A DNA stretch of 64,000 bases, taken from Callorhinchus milii (Eukaryota). This document shows positions 13,591-26,845 of the stretch, one piece after another. The stretch's first letter is position 1. Every line of letters begins with the position of its first letter. The notes under the pieces are model-generated. The model had not been told where the DNA came from. It did not search any database and saw only the letters and a program-made list of their open reading frames with translations. The stretch covers positions 56,670,001-56,734,000 of the forward strand of contig NW_024704743.1 of NCBI RefSeq assembly GCF_018977255.1. Direction: 5' to 3'. The position numbers and the translations under genes were made by a program.

Positions 13591-15190
13591 CTAAACCTCA
13601 GTATCTGTAGATTTGTTACTTTATATCCTTATCCAATTCTCCTAACTTAGACTCCATTGTGCAACTGGGCTAGTGTAGTATTTAATTTTCCATTTGAGTT
13701 ACAATTATGACTGCCCACACAACACCAGTCATTACACTTCAAAGAAAATGAGCAATCTTTACACATCAAACCCAATTATATAACAGGATTTCCACTGAGA
13801 TATGTTTAGAAGTGTTAAGATGTTATAACAAGTACAAACACTGTTTCATATTTAATATTCTGAGGTAAAACCAGTGAATTCAGCATTAGATATTGATGCT
13901 CTTTTTGTAAAAAGAAATTCTATATTTATTTTATCTGTTATATGAGCAAAATACAAAACAGCATTCAACTGAATGTTTCTATGACTTAAATGACAATCAC
14001 CACCATTAATCTGTACAAATGGTAATCTCTAATTGTTAAATATTCCCCCTGAAATACACCTTATCCTTTGAAAAATATCCTATAGACTCTATTTAAAAAT
14101 TCAGACCTGTAAATAACAAGGGTGTCTGATTTTATGCAGCTGTTATTGCTTTTGTCTCAGTATATTTAAAATACTTTAATGTTTAAATCAGAGCTCCAGT
14201 AAGTGGTAAAGAATGCCAAAGGGAATACTATTTTAGTGCTCTTGGTAAATCGCTACCTCATTTATAGTTGGACATAGGTGGCTGGTGGCTCAGGCGAGAG
14301 GGGCCTCAGCACCCACTCCCTCACCCAAAAAAAACTATCTACAGCTAAACACTCTAAGGGGAGCTGGGAAAGGAAAGCCTCTCCCAGCCCTCGTAGACTC
14401 TATGCTTCGTAAGGACGCAATATAAATGCAAGTTGTTGTTGTTGAGACATCTTCATCATATATTACCAAGGAGAATAGCAGATAGCTCACATTGGTGAAT
14501 TTGTAGCTGGAGTGAACCCAACCCAGAAAACGTTTGACAAGATACATCTTGTGAAGATCAAAACGCACTAACAGTATCCCAGCAGCATAGGGAGAAAGGG
14601 AGTAATCTGTAAGTTTTTTAGAAGAATTAGCAGAAAGGAAATTCTCCTGATGTGCCTTGGCTGAACTGCTAGAATTCCTCTCCGATGCTGAACTCAGCTT
14701 CATTTCCACAAAGCTGGTTTGTGGCCAAAGCCAGCTCTCTGCAGGAGATTAGCAGAGATTGGCAAATGAGTGGAGTTCTGGAGGGTTGGTCTGATATACA
14801 TTTGGGTATCAACAGGATTCACTTTTCAAGAATAATTTTACTAATTTTACTAATTATCCCAAGTGTGTCCAGCAACAAACATGAAAGCTCACCTCCATAC
14901 TGTACTCTCTCCACTAATTCCTACCCAAGCCAGCACTTTGAATTTACATAAGAACATAAGAAATGCTAGGCGAAAAAAAGACCAAGGTCCATCTAGTTCG
15001 CCTTCCACCTTCCTGGCAGTCACAAATAGTGACTTTAGTGTCTTTGACATGACCTAAACAGGGAGACAGGGCATCATTTTAACATCTCATCCAGAGAAAG
15101 CTACATTTGATAATGCAATGATCCTCTAGAACTGCACTAGAGTGTATATGAATAGAGATCTGCACATGTGCAACAAACTTCATGTGTTAC

Positions 15191-16866
15191 CAAAGTTGCC
15201 ATGGAGACAACTTTGGCAAGAAATTAAATTTGTTTTGATTTTCAAACACTAAGAAGAAGATTTTCTGTATTGGCTCCAATTTAGTACATTATGATTCATT
15301 AATAAGAGCTTGTTTTCAGTTTGGAATCAAAGCCAGCAAACAGCTCATGGTGATATGTCTCTGCTTCCTTTCAAGTCAAACAAGTAGTGGGATGAGCCTT
15401 GTAATATATATCTGCCATTAGAGTACCTTCAAATTGCAGTACCAATTTAATAATAATGATGAATAAGGCAGTATAAAGCAAACATAGTTTCTAAAATCCT
15501 CGGTGCAACTGGGACTGCTAATAAGACTGTTCAAAAATGGGTTGACAAAATTCCTGGTCAATAAAATATCAACCGCATGTAAAAAGTAGCTATCTTAGGA
15601 AGTTCAAACATACTAAGAAAAGTATCATCCATTCATATGTAACATGCTAATATTATTGTTCTGGCTGACTCATCACTGAAAAGCACTTAGAACTACCTCG
15701 ACAGAGTGATTTAAACTATAATAACTAATAATAATAAAACAAAATCCGTCCACTCCCTCTGCTCAGAGGCATCATCCTTTCTCCACCCTATCCGCCCCAA
15801 CATTGGCAGTTGGTCTTTCAGCCTGTCTACCGCACCCTGTGGACATTTGGTCAAAAAGCTGTCAATTCCAGCAAACTGACCCATGTATATCTTTTGTGTA
15901 ATTATGACTTGGGAGACATACATTCAGATTTCTTAATTAAAATTGTGTTAAGAAATATTGTAAAATTGATTACTGTATTTACAGTATATTCTGTGAAGAG
16001 CTTTGAGACGTCTCAAAGACGTGATAAGGCACTATATGAAATGCAGGGATAATTATTATTGTAAATGATTTATCCTTTCATAAAGACTCCTGCAGAAAAT
16101 AATCGTAATTGGGCTTAGAGTGGGCATCATCAATGAGCTATTCATTGTATGTTCCACAGACTTTTAAGGAACACTGTCTGAGTGGAGCTTGAATTGACCA
16201 TTGTTGGCTGTGTTTATATTGCAATGGTGTGAATCCAAGAGCTGCTCAATACCCCTGCTCAAGGTAGTCTCAGCAGCCAGACTCCAGTCTGATTCCCTTT
16301 TGGATTATGCTGTTCAACCCTTAATTTATATCGCAATGAAAATCACAGTGTAAATCAGGGATAAAGTACAACCTTGACATATACATTGGTTGTAATGTGT
16401 ATTATGTAGATAACTGTACTGTTAGGCTTGTTTATGAAGAAACACATAGGTAGAGAGAATTCACAATAATGCATAAGGTCTGGAGATCCAAAAATAACAA
16501 CTTGGAAATCTGAAATTGAATGGCCCTGATATTTATTATCAGCTTCAAAAAATATTCCTACAGGTATCTCATCCTTTCACAGCGACAACTAGAGAGAATC
16601 ATTTTAATTGAACTCTTGGCACTAAATAAGATTGCTTATTTCTACTATCAATCACACTGCTTCCCCTCTCTGCATGCTTGACTTAAAAGAAAGTGAAGAC
16701 ATGTCACCACAAGGCTACATGTTGGCTTTGATTCCAAACCGAGAACAGGTTCTTATTAATGAATCATTTTTTGCTGACTTGGAGCCAATACAAAAATCCT
16801 CTGTTTTAGCATCTGAAGTCAAAACAAATTTAATCTGTTGCCAAAATTAGCTTTGCGGCAACTCTT
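15191..16866. repeat. Diverged inverted repeat, arms ~15191-15385 and ~16672-16866
   Basis: Shared blocks attaaatttgttttga, tgtattggctccaa, atgattcattaataaga and gtttggaatcaaagcca in opposite orientations. Confidence 0.9.
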
Positions 16867-17607
16867 TAACATCTGTCATGGCAACAGACGTTCTCTTTTA
16901 GTTACTGCACAAAATCAAGGAATGGTCATAAATAACCTCAAACAACATCTCACCATTTATATCTGGGCAACATAAAAGAGGCATATGTAGGTCTGAAGTG
17001 GAAAGCTGGAAGAGAAAGTGTGGAAGAGAAATTGGGGGAAAAAAGACACACAAACCAAGAAATGACAGCCAAAAAAGCATATTGCTAAAGAGTTATTACT
17101 CAGTTAATAGTTCAGGACACCTCTTTTGCTCTGTTTGTCTCGTTGCTCCTTTAGAGACTCTGCTCCGTTATTCTTCACCCTTTTCCGGAAACTTTCTTCC
17201 TCAGGGTCTCATCTGCTATGGGGGATGTTTTTGTCCTTCTGCAACCTGCACATTTCCGAGTGCACATTCGTTTGTTCGAAATCTATAACTCCCTCATGTC
17301 TCCAGCATCTTTCCCTCTGGCTGCTCCAATTGTGAGCTGCATGCTGAGTCCCGAGCTTCAACCTTACAACTCTCTCCATCACTCTTCTGATTAGCAGCAG
17401 TGACTGTGAGACCTGGAAGTCTCATTGAGTGCCACCAGAGCTGTCTTGATGGATGGTCCTGGGTAATCCATGGTGCTGGTTATCAATTCCTGATGCTGCA
17501 GCTTTTTCAAGCTTTAACTCTGATGTGTGCTTGCTGGGTCTTAAGGGCTGCAAGCAGAGATGGTAGAAATTCTCTGAAGCATTCTTGTGGGAGTTCTTCT
17601 AGTATCA

Positions 17608-17968
17608 GCCTGATTCAGTTGGCAACACTCTAACCTTTGAGTCAGATGGCTGTGAGTTCAATCCCAATTGTGGTATTCTGAGCTCACTGCCTAGAATGAC
17701 CAATACAGTGATGGGAGAATGCTTCATTGTTGGAGCTACCAGCTTCAGATGACATAATAAAACCGAAGTCCCATCTCTGCGTGTTCAGGCGGACATTAAA
17801 GATACCACAACACTATTTGAAAGAGAAAACATTTTCTCCAAGTGTCCTGGCCAACAACCCCCAGATGAAATTGGTTATTCACCTCTTAGCTGGGACACTT
17901 TGAGAGTTCCTCACAACATTTCAACTAAGTGGTAAGGTGTTATATCAAATGCAAGGATGATTATTTTT
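17608..17968 (+). mobile_element. Old Deu-domain SINE
   Basis: Head, Deu core, tail. Confidence 0.8.
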
Positions 17969-18022
17969 GTCTGTGAACTTTGATTCACAGATTTGATTTG
18001 ACACTCAGTGTTTCGGACGAGG

Positions 18023-18118
18023 TCAGGTCCGAAACACTGATTGTCCAGCCCCTTGGGATGTCCTCCCACCGTGAAAGGCACTATACAAATGCAATTTTGT
18101 TATTGTTGTTGTTGTTGA
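18023..18118 (+). mobile_element. Very short L2 tail insertion with 5' fold-back
   Basis: Matches the L2 tails at ~650-730 and ~7060-7133; ends in (TTG)n. Confidence 0.8.
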
Positions 18119-18471
18119 TTCTGCATTAATAAGTTTAATGATCTAAAATGATTAATAATTCCTAAAAAAACCTGAATATTTATTCTGTTTATATAGTTTG
18201 TATTCTAAATACATCATTTATGTTTAAATGAAAGAATAGAGTCGAAAAAATTTCACAAATAATGGATTGACAGTCTGATCATTGGTAAATATATTGACCT
18301 TAGCACTATATGGTTCTGTAAAAATAATATTAATATTAATCATTACATTTGATAACGATGTCTCAAAGCACTTCACAGGATATACTGAGAAGTGCAGTGC
18401 AGTGCAGTGACTGGGTTTTGTGGATGAACACGGCAGTGCAATTGCACATAGCAAAGTCCCACAAACAGCCA

Positions 18472-18740
18472 TAATAATAATAATAATCCTTGCATTTGAT
18501 ATAGCGCTTTTCACGTCGGGAGGACGTCCCAAAGCGCTTTACAGAACACACTGTAAAGTGAATTGACTGTATATTTGTGGGCGAACGCGGCAGCCAATTG
18601 CGCACAGCAATGTCCCACAAACAGTCGTAGATTGAAAATGACCAATTTATTATTGTTTTTGGTTTTGGAGGGATTATTATTAGGCGTGTGGAGTAAGGAA
18701 ACTTGCCCAAGGTTTCGCCCTCTGCCTGGAATTGAACTCA
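18472..18740 (-). mobile_element. Young SINE nested in an old Deu-SINE
   Basis: Host resumes at 18741; ccat on both sides. Confidence 0.93.
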
Positions 18741-19725
18741 CCATGAAGTGAATGATCATTGCTCTTTGGGGAGGATTATCAGCCAGGACACTAGGACACT
18801 CTTTTCAAATAATACTATGGGATCTTTAACAGGCAGACGGGGAACTTGTTTTAACATGTCATCCAAAGGACGGTATGTCTGACAATGCAACATCACCGCC
18901 CCCACCACACTGCATTGGAGTGACTATGTGAGTGGGGCTTGAACCTACCCTGTGTGAGTGGCGCTATATAAACACAAGTTGTTGTAGTTGTGAATGGGAC
19001 TTGAACCTCAACCTTCTGATTCAGAGGCAAGATTGCTCCTAACTAAGCCAGGTTGACACACAAGGTCACAAGATTGTTTCAAATGAAGCTCAACCCAATT
19101 CTAATAGAAAGCACACCTGCAAATTCATTACATTTACCGACTAGCAGAAATTATAAGCAATCAGCAGCAGAGAGTATGTTTACTAACAAAGAGAGAATTG
19201 TCCCCTCAGAGACTGAACTATTTATAGAGGTTGTCACACGGACATCCTGGGAGACTTTTAATTGAAAAGAGTTAAGTCAAGCTCTCCAGAGAAGATACCG
19301 TTTGCGTCACCTACTAGATTTACAATATCAAAAATAAAGCCAGGACAAATGAAGATCTACAAGCTGGTATTTAAAATATATTTTGCCTACAGAATATACA
19401 GCCACTACAATTTACAATAAATCCTGTGAAGTGCTTTGAGACATCCTCCCAATGTGAAAGGCATTATATCAAATGCAAGGATTCTTTTTCTTAATTATTA
19501 TTATGCTGAAAAATAGGATATACTGAAATAAATCTGATATTTTCAATGCTGTAAATGTAATGGTGTCATTATTTTATTTTTTATTTTATGTTATTGTGGG
19601 GTAAGGAATTGCTGAGACAATATAAGAGGAAAAAGCACTCACTTTAGTGTGACTTGTTCCTGCTACAGTAAATTTGATGCACAATAGCTTTTCAGTAATT
19701 GTTGGTTCATTTTGTTCTTCTCCAG

Positions 19726-19905
19726 TGGCAGGTTACATCAATTACAGATTACAACTATTCTCTTTGGTCCCTTAAGTAGTGAACTGCTGGGAATATCATG
19801 TTTTTATTCCAAATTATCCATTTGCATAAACATTTTTCTTATACTAATAAAAACAAGTGATGAAAGAATAATGTCCTATCTCATATTCTACCAAACTAAG
19901 AAAAA
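19726..19905 (+). pseudogene. Exon relic, RGS helices 2-4
   Basis: ttttgttcttctccag| ... |gtaaat; 180 nt, open frame ending INIFLILIKTSDERIMSYLIFYQTKK. Confidence 0.5.
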
Positions 19906-20652
19906 GTAAATAAAATTAGCTATAACGGCAATGGTTTGTATTCAAAAAATAAATTGACTGTAATTATACAACTCAAACTCAACCCAAATTAAAAATACAC
20001 AGGCTGTATAAATGAAACGTGACACTGGTTGTGTCATTTTCCACGTGGATTGACGTATGTTCCTGCATCCCAGGTTGTCTTGCTATCCACTGTGGAGGTT
20101 AATCAATTAATGCTGTATTAACACACTGTCATTAAAGCAATTTCTTCCCCCAAGTGCAAAATGCAGTAGTCCCTCAGGTCAAAATAAATCTAATATGTGG
20201 AACCTTTAAAACATCTGCGGGTACAATGTACAGTACAATTTACAATCATATAGCGCCTATCATGTCAGGAGAATTTCTCAAAGTGCTTGACAATGCTGGC
20301 TGGGCTAGACACCCAAACTATTGGTGGGAACTGATGGGATGAGGAGGGGAAAGATGACTGAAAACGTGGTCAAAGAAGTACATTTTTATTGAATTAATAT
20401 CAGGCAAGAATACTGTCAGAGTTCCATGTTATATCTTTGCTTTTGGATTATAACTGACCAATGCTGCTCCGATCTCAAGAGCAGGAGTGTTAGGCTGCAG
20501 ATTTGCCTGACCTTAATGCACCTCCCTGATATCAATGTGAATGACAATAAATACCCTGCCAAAAGGAAAATAAGTCCTTATTTCTCTTATATTATAAAAC
20601 ATGCTTAGTGTTGCAAGTATGTGTTGTGGACAAATCCTACTATGATGCTGAA

Positions 20653-20708
20653 GTGAAAATTGTGTCATGTGATGCGTTAATTAACACATCGTGTGTCCCA
20701 ATTTTCAC
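20653..20708. repeat. 56-bp imperfect palindrome centred on TTAATTAA
   Basis: gtgaaaattg...gatgcgttaa|ttaacacatc...caattttcac; 22 of 28 positions match. Confidence 0.85.
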
Positions 20709-20727
20709 CTTATTTTTCTTTTTGTTC

Positions 20728-20743
20728 CCAAGAGGGGGCGCCA
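20728..20743 (+). promoter_or_regulatory. CTCF-type motif
   Basis: CCAAGAGGGGGCGCCA matches the CTCF core consensus; occupancy unknown. Confidence 0.5.
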
Positions 20744-21342
20744 CTGACTTTCTTTAATGGGCTATGAAAGTCGAGCTACGCTGCAATACTTCGCTGAGAA
20801 TATGGGATTGTAAAAAGCATTTGTATCTGTTGTATTTAGTAACCAATGTTCTTTGGAACGTGTTACAGCACATCTACGGAGTACAAGCTGAGTGCAATCC
20901 TATTCAGTGTGTACGACATATGGCCTTTAATGTCAAGCTGTCGGCTGATCATGCAATGGAGACATTTATAGAGCTGCTTTAAATAAGACAGACGGCTAGC
21001 CTATAGGTCTGGTTTATACAACCAGATGCTTGCAGGTTGGCAGACCAGAACTTGCTGTCACTCCAATCTGCCAGGCATGGTCAATGGGACCACAAGATGG
21101 AGTAATGCGTGAATTTGGTTTTCTATCTGGGTGAGAATGTGGCAGGCTGAGGGAGCTAGAAGGAACTGTATATTTGATGCATTTACCTCTAGTGAGTAAA
21201 CAGAGAAGACTGGGTGGGTGGGAATTGACTGCATTGCAGTAATCAAGGGGGAATCAGACTATTCTCTAAACATTTGAATGGCTTGTTAACCTTTTGGATC
21301 ATGAGGATGGACCGATGTGTAAACCTTTGCCTTTTCATCCAG

Positions 21343-21530
21343 GATTTTTATGTGTATCTTTTGTGTGCCTGAATTTTCCTGCTGTTATCAGAAACGATGC
21401 AGGATATTATTGAATATTTGCGGGATGACGCAAACTAGCATCAGAATCTCACAGAAAAGCAACGAGCGATTTTATAAATATCCCAAATTAGTCTCAGTAT
21501 TACAGTAATAAATCAAACCATGACATACAG
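21343..21530 (+). pseudogene. Exon relic, RGS helices 5-7 with three in-frame stops
   Basis: ttttcatccag| ... cag|gtaatg. YLRDDAN*HQNLTEKQRAIL (21415-21474) is in register with the canonical F/Y-I...A-P-K-E-V-N-I....R..I; stops at 21370, 21436 and 21475. Confidence 0.6.
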
Positions 21531-22615
21531 GTAATGTTATTGCAGAATCAGGACATGAACTCAAAATTCATCCAGTCTTTGCCCAGACCTTTCTCTGGAC
21601 ACAATAATACTCTAAGGGTTAAAAGACCATCTTGTAGGCATTCATATTACCACTCCCTGGAGAGATTTTATTGTACCCAGTGGAAGTGAAGTAAACATTG
21701 AAAGTGCTCCTTTGGGGAGAAATTCCACCTGGGTCTAGATTTATTGTATTTTCTTAGCATTTCAGAGCATCCAGAATTTGGCAAGTTGTTGAATTCAGTC
21801 TTAACTTTGAAGTCAGCTTTTTGTAGATCTCAAAATAACTTACAAACCAACCCTTCAAAATGAAGACTGCTTTTAAGAATTGGCCAAGTTTTGGATGTTC
21901 TGAAATGCTAATAAAATGAAATAAATCTAGACCCAGATGGAACTTTTACCCTTTTGATGTATTCTGGGCAAAGTATTTTCAAATGTGCTTTTCATGCTAT
22001 ACAACCTAATTTTATTAACTACTTTCATGGCAATTTTTAGGATGTTATAAGTAGGTTTACTATACAGTAATGTATAGTACGGTAATGTATAGTAAACCTG
22101 CTTATAATATCCTAAAAATTTGGTCTTTTGTTTGGCAATTCTTGTAAATGACATGTCTATTACTTGAATTCAAGTCATGCACACCTACTGCATGATGAAG
22201 AGGTCTTCCACAACAACAACAAACTTGTATTTGTAGCCACCCTTTACTTAGGATAACATCTCAAAGGGCTTAACAAGGATGGGGTACGACACTGAGCAAA
22301 GGAGTGAGAGAGAGAGGGGAAGGGGGAGGTAAACATAGGTGTCCAAAGGAGTAGTACTATAAAACAGATAGAGAGAGGGCAAGATGTAAAGGAAGAAGGA
22401 GGAAGTAACAGAGGTTAAGGGCATAGGATCTGAAGGCTTGGCCACTGATATCAGTGGTCGTGCAGCAAGTCTATGTTTGCTGAGTGGAGAGGGCAAACAG
22501 AGGTGTGAAAGATGTTCATGCTCCTTTATTACTGTAATAATATTTTTCAATATCTCAATGCATGAACAAAAAATGTAAAACAAACCAGTTAGCCCAGAAA
22601 CTAGATTTTCTATAG

Positions 22616-22753
22616 ACCCCTTGGGAGTTCATGAGTTGAACTGAACAAACCAATGCAATGACTTGGTATTGTGGACACTTTTCCCAAGCTCTCCTCGCAC
22701 ATCCAAAGTTTTTTGGATAGAGATCACAACTTCCAGAGCTGGGTCTCAAACAG
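22616..22753 (+). pseudogene. Exon relic (138 nt)
   Basis: tttctatag| ... cag|gtttga; peptides VDTFPKL or VFWIEITT depending on frame. Confidence 0.4.
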
Positions 22754-22994
22754 GTTTGAGGAAAGTATTACAACAAAAAAACATTTGCTTTTTTGGTCAA
22801 ATAATGCTAAACCTGCCATTTGCTAATACATGTTTCTTAACTTCCCCCAATTACAAATAGAATCTCAAGCAAGCCCATCTTGCTGTTGCACACAGCTATG
22901 CATATGATGCTATGCAGCTTTTAAATAGACTAAACTGTTATTTCCTGTGGGTATTTCTGAGGCTGGCTAGATTCATGCCTCGGTTATTTTGCAG

Positions 22995-23148
22995 TAACAA
23001 TCTATTTTTGTAGTTGTTTATGTTTATGGGCTGCTTTAGAAAACTGCTTTGCTGCAGTATTGTTGGAGGGAAAATTTTAATCACAGATTCAAAATGAGCA
23101 CAAAATCGCTCAAGAAACGCTACACTCTTCACCCCATTGCATTTCTCA
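22995..23148 (+). pseudogene. Exon relic, RGS helices 4-5
   Basis: ttattttgcag| acceptor; LCLWAALEN (23018-23044) then HKIAQETLH; its phase-2 end matches the next exon. Confidence 0.5.
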
Positions 23149-23648
23149 GTAGATCTCAGTACATTCAGATATCTCATATATTATAATAATCTTTATATGT
23201 AATATTATTGCCTCTAATGTCAAACTCGCCCACAAAACGCAGTCACTCTTCTTTGTAGTATATCCTGTGAAGAACTTTGAGGGGTCATCCTGACATGAAA
23301 TACACTGTCTATTTATGACTATTATTAAAATTGCTTCACAGCTAATTCCTGCCAAGTGGATTGACAGTGTTTGTGTATTTGTAGGAAATGTGCTCATAGC
23401 ATTACCTCCCAAATGACCAAGAAACTGAGAGGATTGTTGTTGAGGACACTAGGAAAACTTGGTCATGAAACAATTTTTGGTTGATGTGATAATTATTATC
23501 AGTGACGATATAATAAGATGAAATTTTGACTCCTATGCTGATCAGTGTGGCTTCATATCATGTGACAGGGAGAGAAGGTGTTTCTGTAATATTATCAAGT
23601 TAGGCTTGTGTTATACTGAGAGAAAAATAAAACATTTTATTTTTATAG

Positions 23649-23755
23649 AGGATTGCTTCATTGTAAATTATTAATAGTGTCTTACGAATGTATAGGTGTC
23701 AAAAGTTCAGCTGATGAAAATTGGGACAAAGGAATAATTAATAGAACGCATGATG
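23649..23755 (+). pseudogene. Exon relic, RGS helices 6-7
   Basis: ttttatttttatag| acceptor, phase 2; open frame ...ADENWDKGIINRTHD; 3' end obscured by an L2-type tail. Confidence 0.4.
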
Positions 23756-23920
23756 GTGGATGCCCCCAAGTGCTATATAAATGTAAGTTATTGCTGTTGC
23801 ATTATGGCTTGTTCACCGCTCGAAAGGGGCCCTAAAAAGTATCAGCTCTAAGATACAAGGTGCATTTGTCTCAATTGTTGATTCATATTTGTATCTGGGT
23901 GTTGTGGTAAATATCAACAG

Positions 23921-24247
23921 TAATAATAATAATATTAATAATCCTTGCATTTGATATAGCGCTTTTCACGTCGGGAGGACGTCCCAAAGCGCTTCACAGA
24001 ACACATTGTAAAGTGAATTGACTGTATATTTGTGGGCGAACGCGGCAGCCAATTGCACACAGCAATGTCCCACAAACAGTCGTAGATTAAAAATGACCAA
24101 TTTATTATTGTTTTTTGTTTTGGAGGGATTAGTATTAGGCTCTGTGTGGAGTAAGGAAACCTGCCCAAGGTTTCGCCCTACCTGGAATTGAACTCAGGTC
24201 TCTCGCTTGCAAAGCGAGTGCTCTAACCACTGAGCTACAGAACTCCA
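23921..24247 (-). mobile_element. Full-length young SINE
   Basis: Reverse complement of 9584-9899. Confidence 0.95.
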
Positions 24248-24394
24248 CGAATAGACTGCAATAACATACAGAAAATATCAGTCAAACCTGCATGGTTAAT
24301 GTGTCTGCATGGGGTTAGGCTCAGAGTTGAACAGGTGTCAAGTAGAACTCAATGAGGGTTGACGCACCCAAGATTGTGACACTAGACTTTGTAA

Positions 24395-24540
24395 AAGCAC
24401 TGTCCTCTGATACTGTTCCCACCCCTTTAAAAACCGCTGTCATCACTTCTATCCTTAAAAAACCCTCCTTGGACTCTTCTCTACTCTCTAACTACTGCCC
24501 CATCTCCAACCTCCCCTTCCTCTCTAAGGTCCTGGAACCT
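24395..24540 (+). mobile_element. L2 RT N-terminal fragment
   Basis: LKTAVITSILKKPSLD...[16 protein letters not shown]. Confidence 0.9.
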
Positions 24541-24832
24541 ATATTCTCTAGAATATAGAACAATGTCCCACATGCAACTGAGATTATGGCATGTAATAAT
24601 AATAAAATCTTTCCAATCGATATAGCTCCTTTCACATCAAGGAGGATATCCCAAAGCACTTCACAGACTATACTGTAAGGTAATGTGACTGAATGTATTT
24701 TGTTGGCAAATGTGGCAGTTAATATGTACACAGAAATTTCCCTCAAACGACCATACAATGTATGACTAATTTTATTTGTGGGGTTGTTGGCCAAGACACT
24801 GGTGCTTTGGGATCTTATCATCCAGCTGAACA

Positions 24833-25144
24833 AATAATAATAATCCTTGCATTTGATATAGTGCTTTTCACATCTTCTAGACATCTCAAAGCACTTCACA
24901 GAATATGCTGTAAAGTGAATTGACTCTACATATGGGGGCAAAATTGTGCACAGCAGTGTCCCACAAACAGCCATGGATTGAAAATGACCAATTCTATTAC
25001 TCTTTTGTTTGTTTGTTTTTTGGAGAGATTATTATTAGGCGTGTGGAGTAAGGAAACTTGCCCAAGGTTTCGCCCTGCCTGGAATTGAACCCAGGTGTCT
25101 TGCTTGCAAGGCGAGTGCTCTAACCACTAAACTACAGGACTCCA
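24833..25144 (-). mobile_element. Full-length SINE nested in an old Deu-SINE (24595-25215)
   Basis: Host Deu domain resumes after 25147. Confidence 0.92.
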
Positions 25145-25319
25145 CAAGTAGACAGAGCCTCAGTTTAACATCTCATTTGAAGGATGGCACCTCCAATAAT
25201 GCAGCACACTATCAGCAATGTGTGTTCAATCAGTTTTACTTCATAGCTCTGAGCTTCTGGTCATGCAATGTACGGTTTCTTGTGGCTCAATTGTGAAATT
25301 CAGGACAAAGCAATGAGGT

Positions 25320-26460
25320 GGATTTGTGAAAAAAGGGGAAGTGGCTGCAGGGGAGGGGGTTCCAGCCTTTCATGACCTGGAGACGAAGTTAGCTTCACAA
25401 TGCGTATTTTTCTTTGCTAAGGCTCCTCACACAAAGACCTGGATTAAGCAACTGGTATTCAGCAAGACTGGTACACGACATTGGACTTGGACCTCTAAAA
25501 CATCGAGATGGTTGGTACTTCACAAGTTGTCTTATATAGTTCCTTCTACCAAGCTGAAGGCAGATGTCTGTCAAATAGCTGATGAGGAAACTCTGAAGCT
25601 TGGGACAGCAGCTGCTGGAAGGCATTACCTGGAGTCTGAGTTGATGGACACACGGTCATAATGTAGGACTGTGTTTTTTGTTTTTTGTGCAATGAGTCCG
25701 ATTCTTGGTTTACAACATGATATTTTCATAGCATTGCAAGGTGTTGCGCCTGTATACTATTATAATACAGAGTTCATTTACCTATTTGCTGTGACCTATT
25801 TAATTTTGAGCAAATCTTCCAGGCACAAATACTTACTATCATTTAGTGAAGGCTTGAACCTGAGCTTGTTGGATAACAAATGATCAATTAACGACTATCC
25901 TCCATGTGGGCAGATAAATGGGGGGTCTCTTTGGAGCTGAACAGGGAAATATCAAAATTGAGTCAATCCTCTGTGGTTAACTCCATCGTCCAATTCCTGA
26001 TGTCCAGCACATAGTACTCCAAGGCATTTTTCATGACACACCAGCCAGCCTGGCTCATCAGCACATCTTGGAAGCACCTATCAATGGGGGGCAGCCAGAG
26101 ATTCTTCCCATCTGGCTCCTGTTAAAGCCCTAATAAGAGTGGGAAGCTCATCAGACAGTAACGTTCACAATGGCAAGCTGCGCAGTTTTAGCTGGTTAAA
26201 CTCCAGTTGCACCCCATTGTATACTCTGGGGTCCCCAAGCCTTCGCTTTTATCAACCTGTGCCAATTATCTTCCAGAATTAGGTAAGCACGGTGCGTCAC
26301 TGCAGGAAGATAGTGTGCACACCATTCCAATTAAAGGAAAATTTCCATGCATAGATGGTGTGACATGTGTGGAACTCTGCGTTTGGCTCAGATCTCTTCA
26401 GCATTGCACTGGGTTTCCTCAATTTTCCAAAAATGTGACAAACACCTGGTTGAACAAATA
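25320..26460 (+). mobile_element. Second copy of the same non-LTR family
   Basis: gaaactctgaagct...ctgctggaaggcattacctgga shared with 31845-31895; common 3' end acacctggYtga.caaa. Confidence 0.7.
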
Positions 26461-26845
26461 ATCCCAGGAGTTTATATAAAATGTTTGTGTAATGGCTTCA
26501 ATAAAGTATCACAAAGTGATTGTTAGTACAAGTTAAAACTCTCAGAAGTTTCGTAATCTCTTCTCAAACTATCGAACACTATTTCTGATTTGAGAACTGG
26601 AGTAATAATCCTTCCAAAAAACGATTTGGTCACTTAATCCATGACTGTTTGCGGGACACTGCTGCGCGCAATTGGCTGTCACGTTCCTGCCCACAAAATA
26701 TACAGCCATTCCACTTTACAATTTACTCTATGAATCACATTGAGATGTCTCAATGATGTTATATCAAATGCAAGGATTATTATTATATCTAACATAATTT
26801 AAAATAAAATTCCTAACGTAATTTTAGTTTTTTTTGATCTTTCAG

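Noticed and set aside
25579..25600. Hammerhead core (CTGATGA...GAAA)
   Set aside because: No stem II between the motifs, and the second copy at ~31838 has CTGATAA
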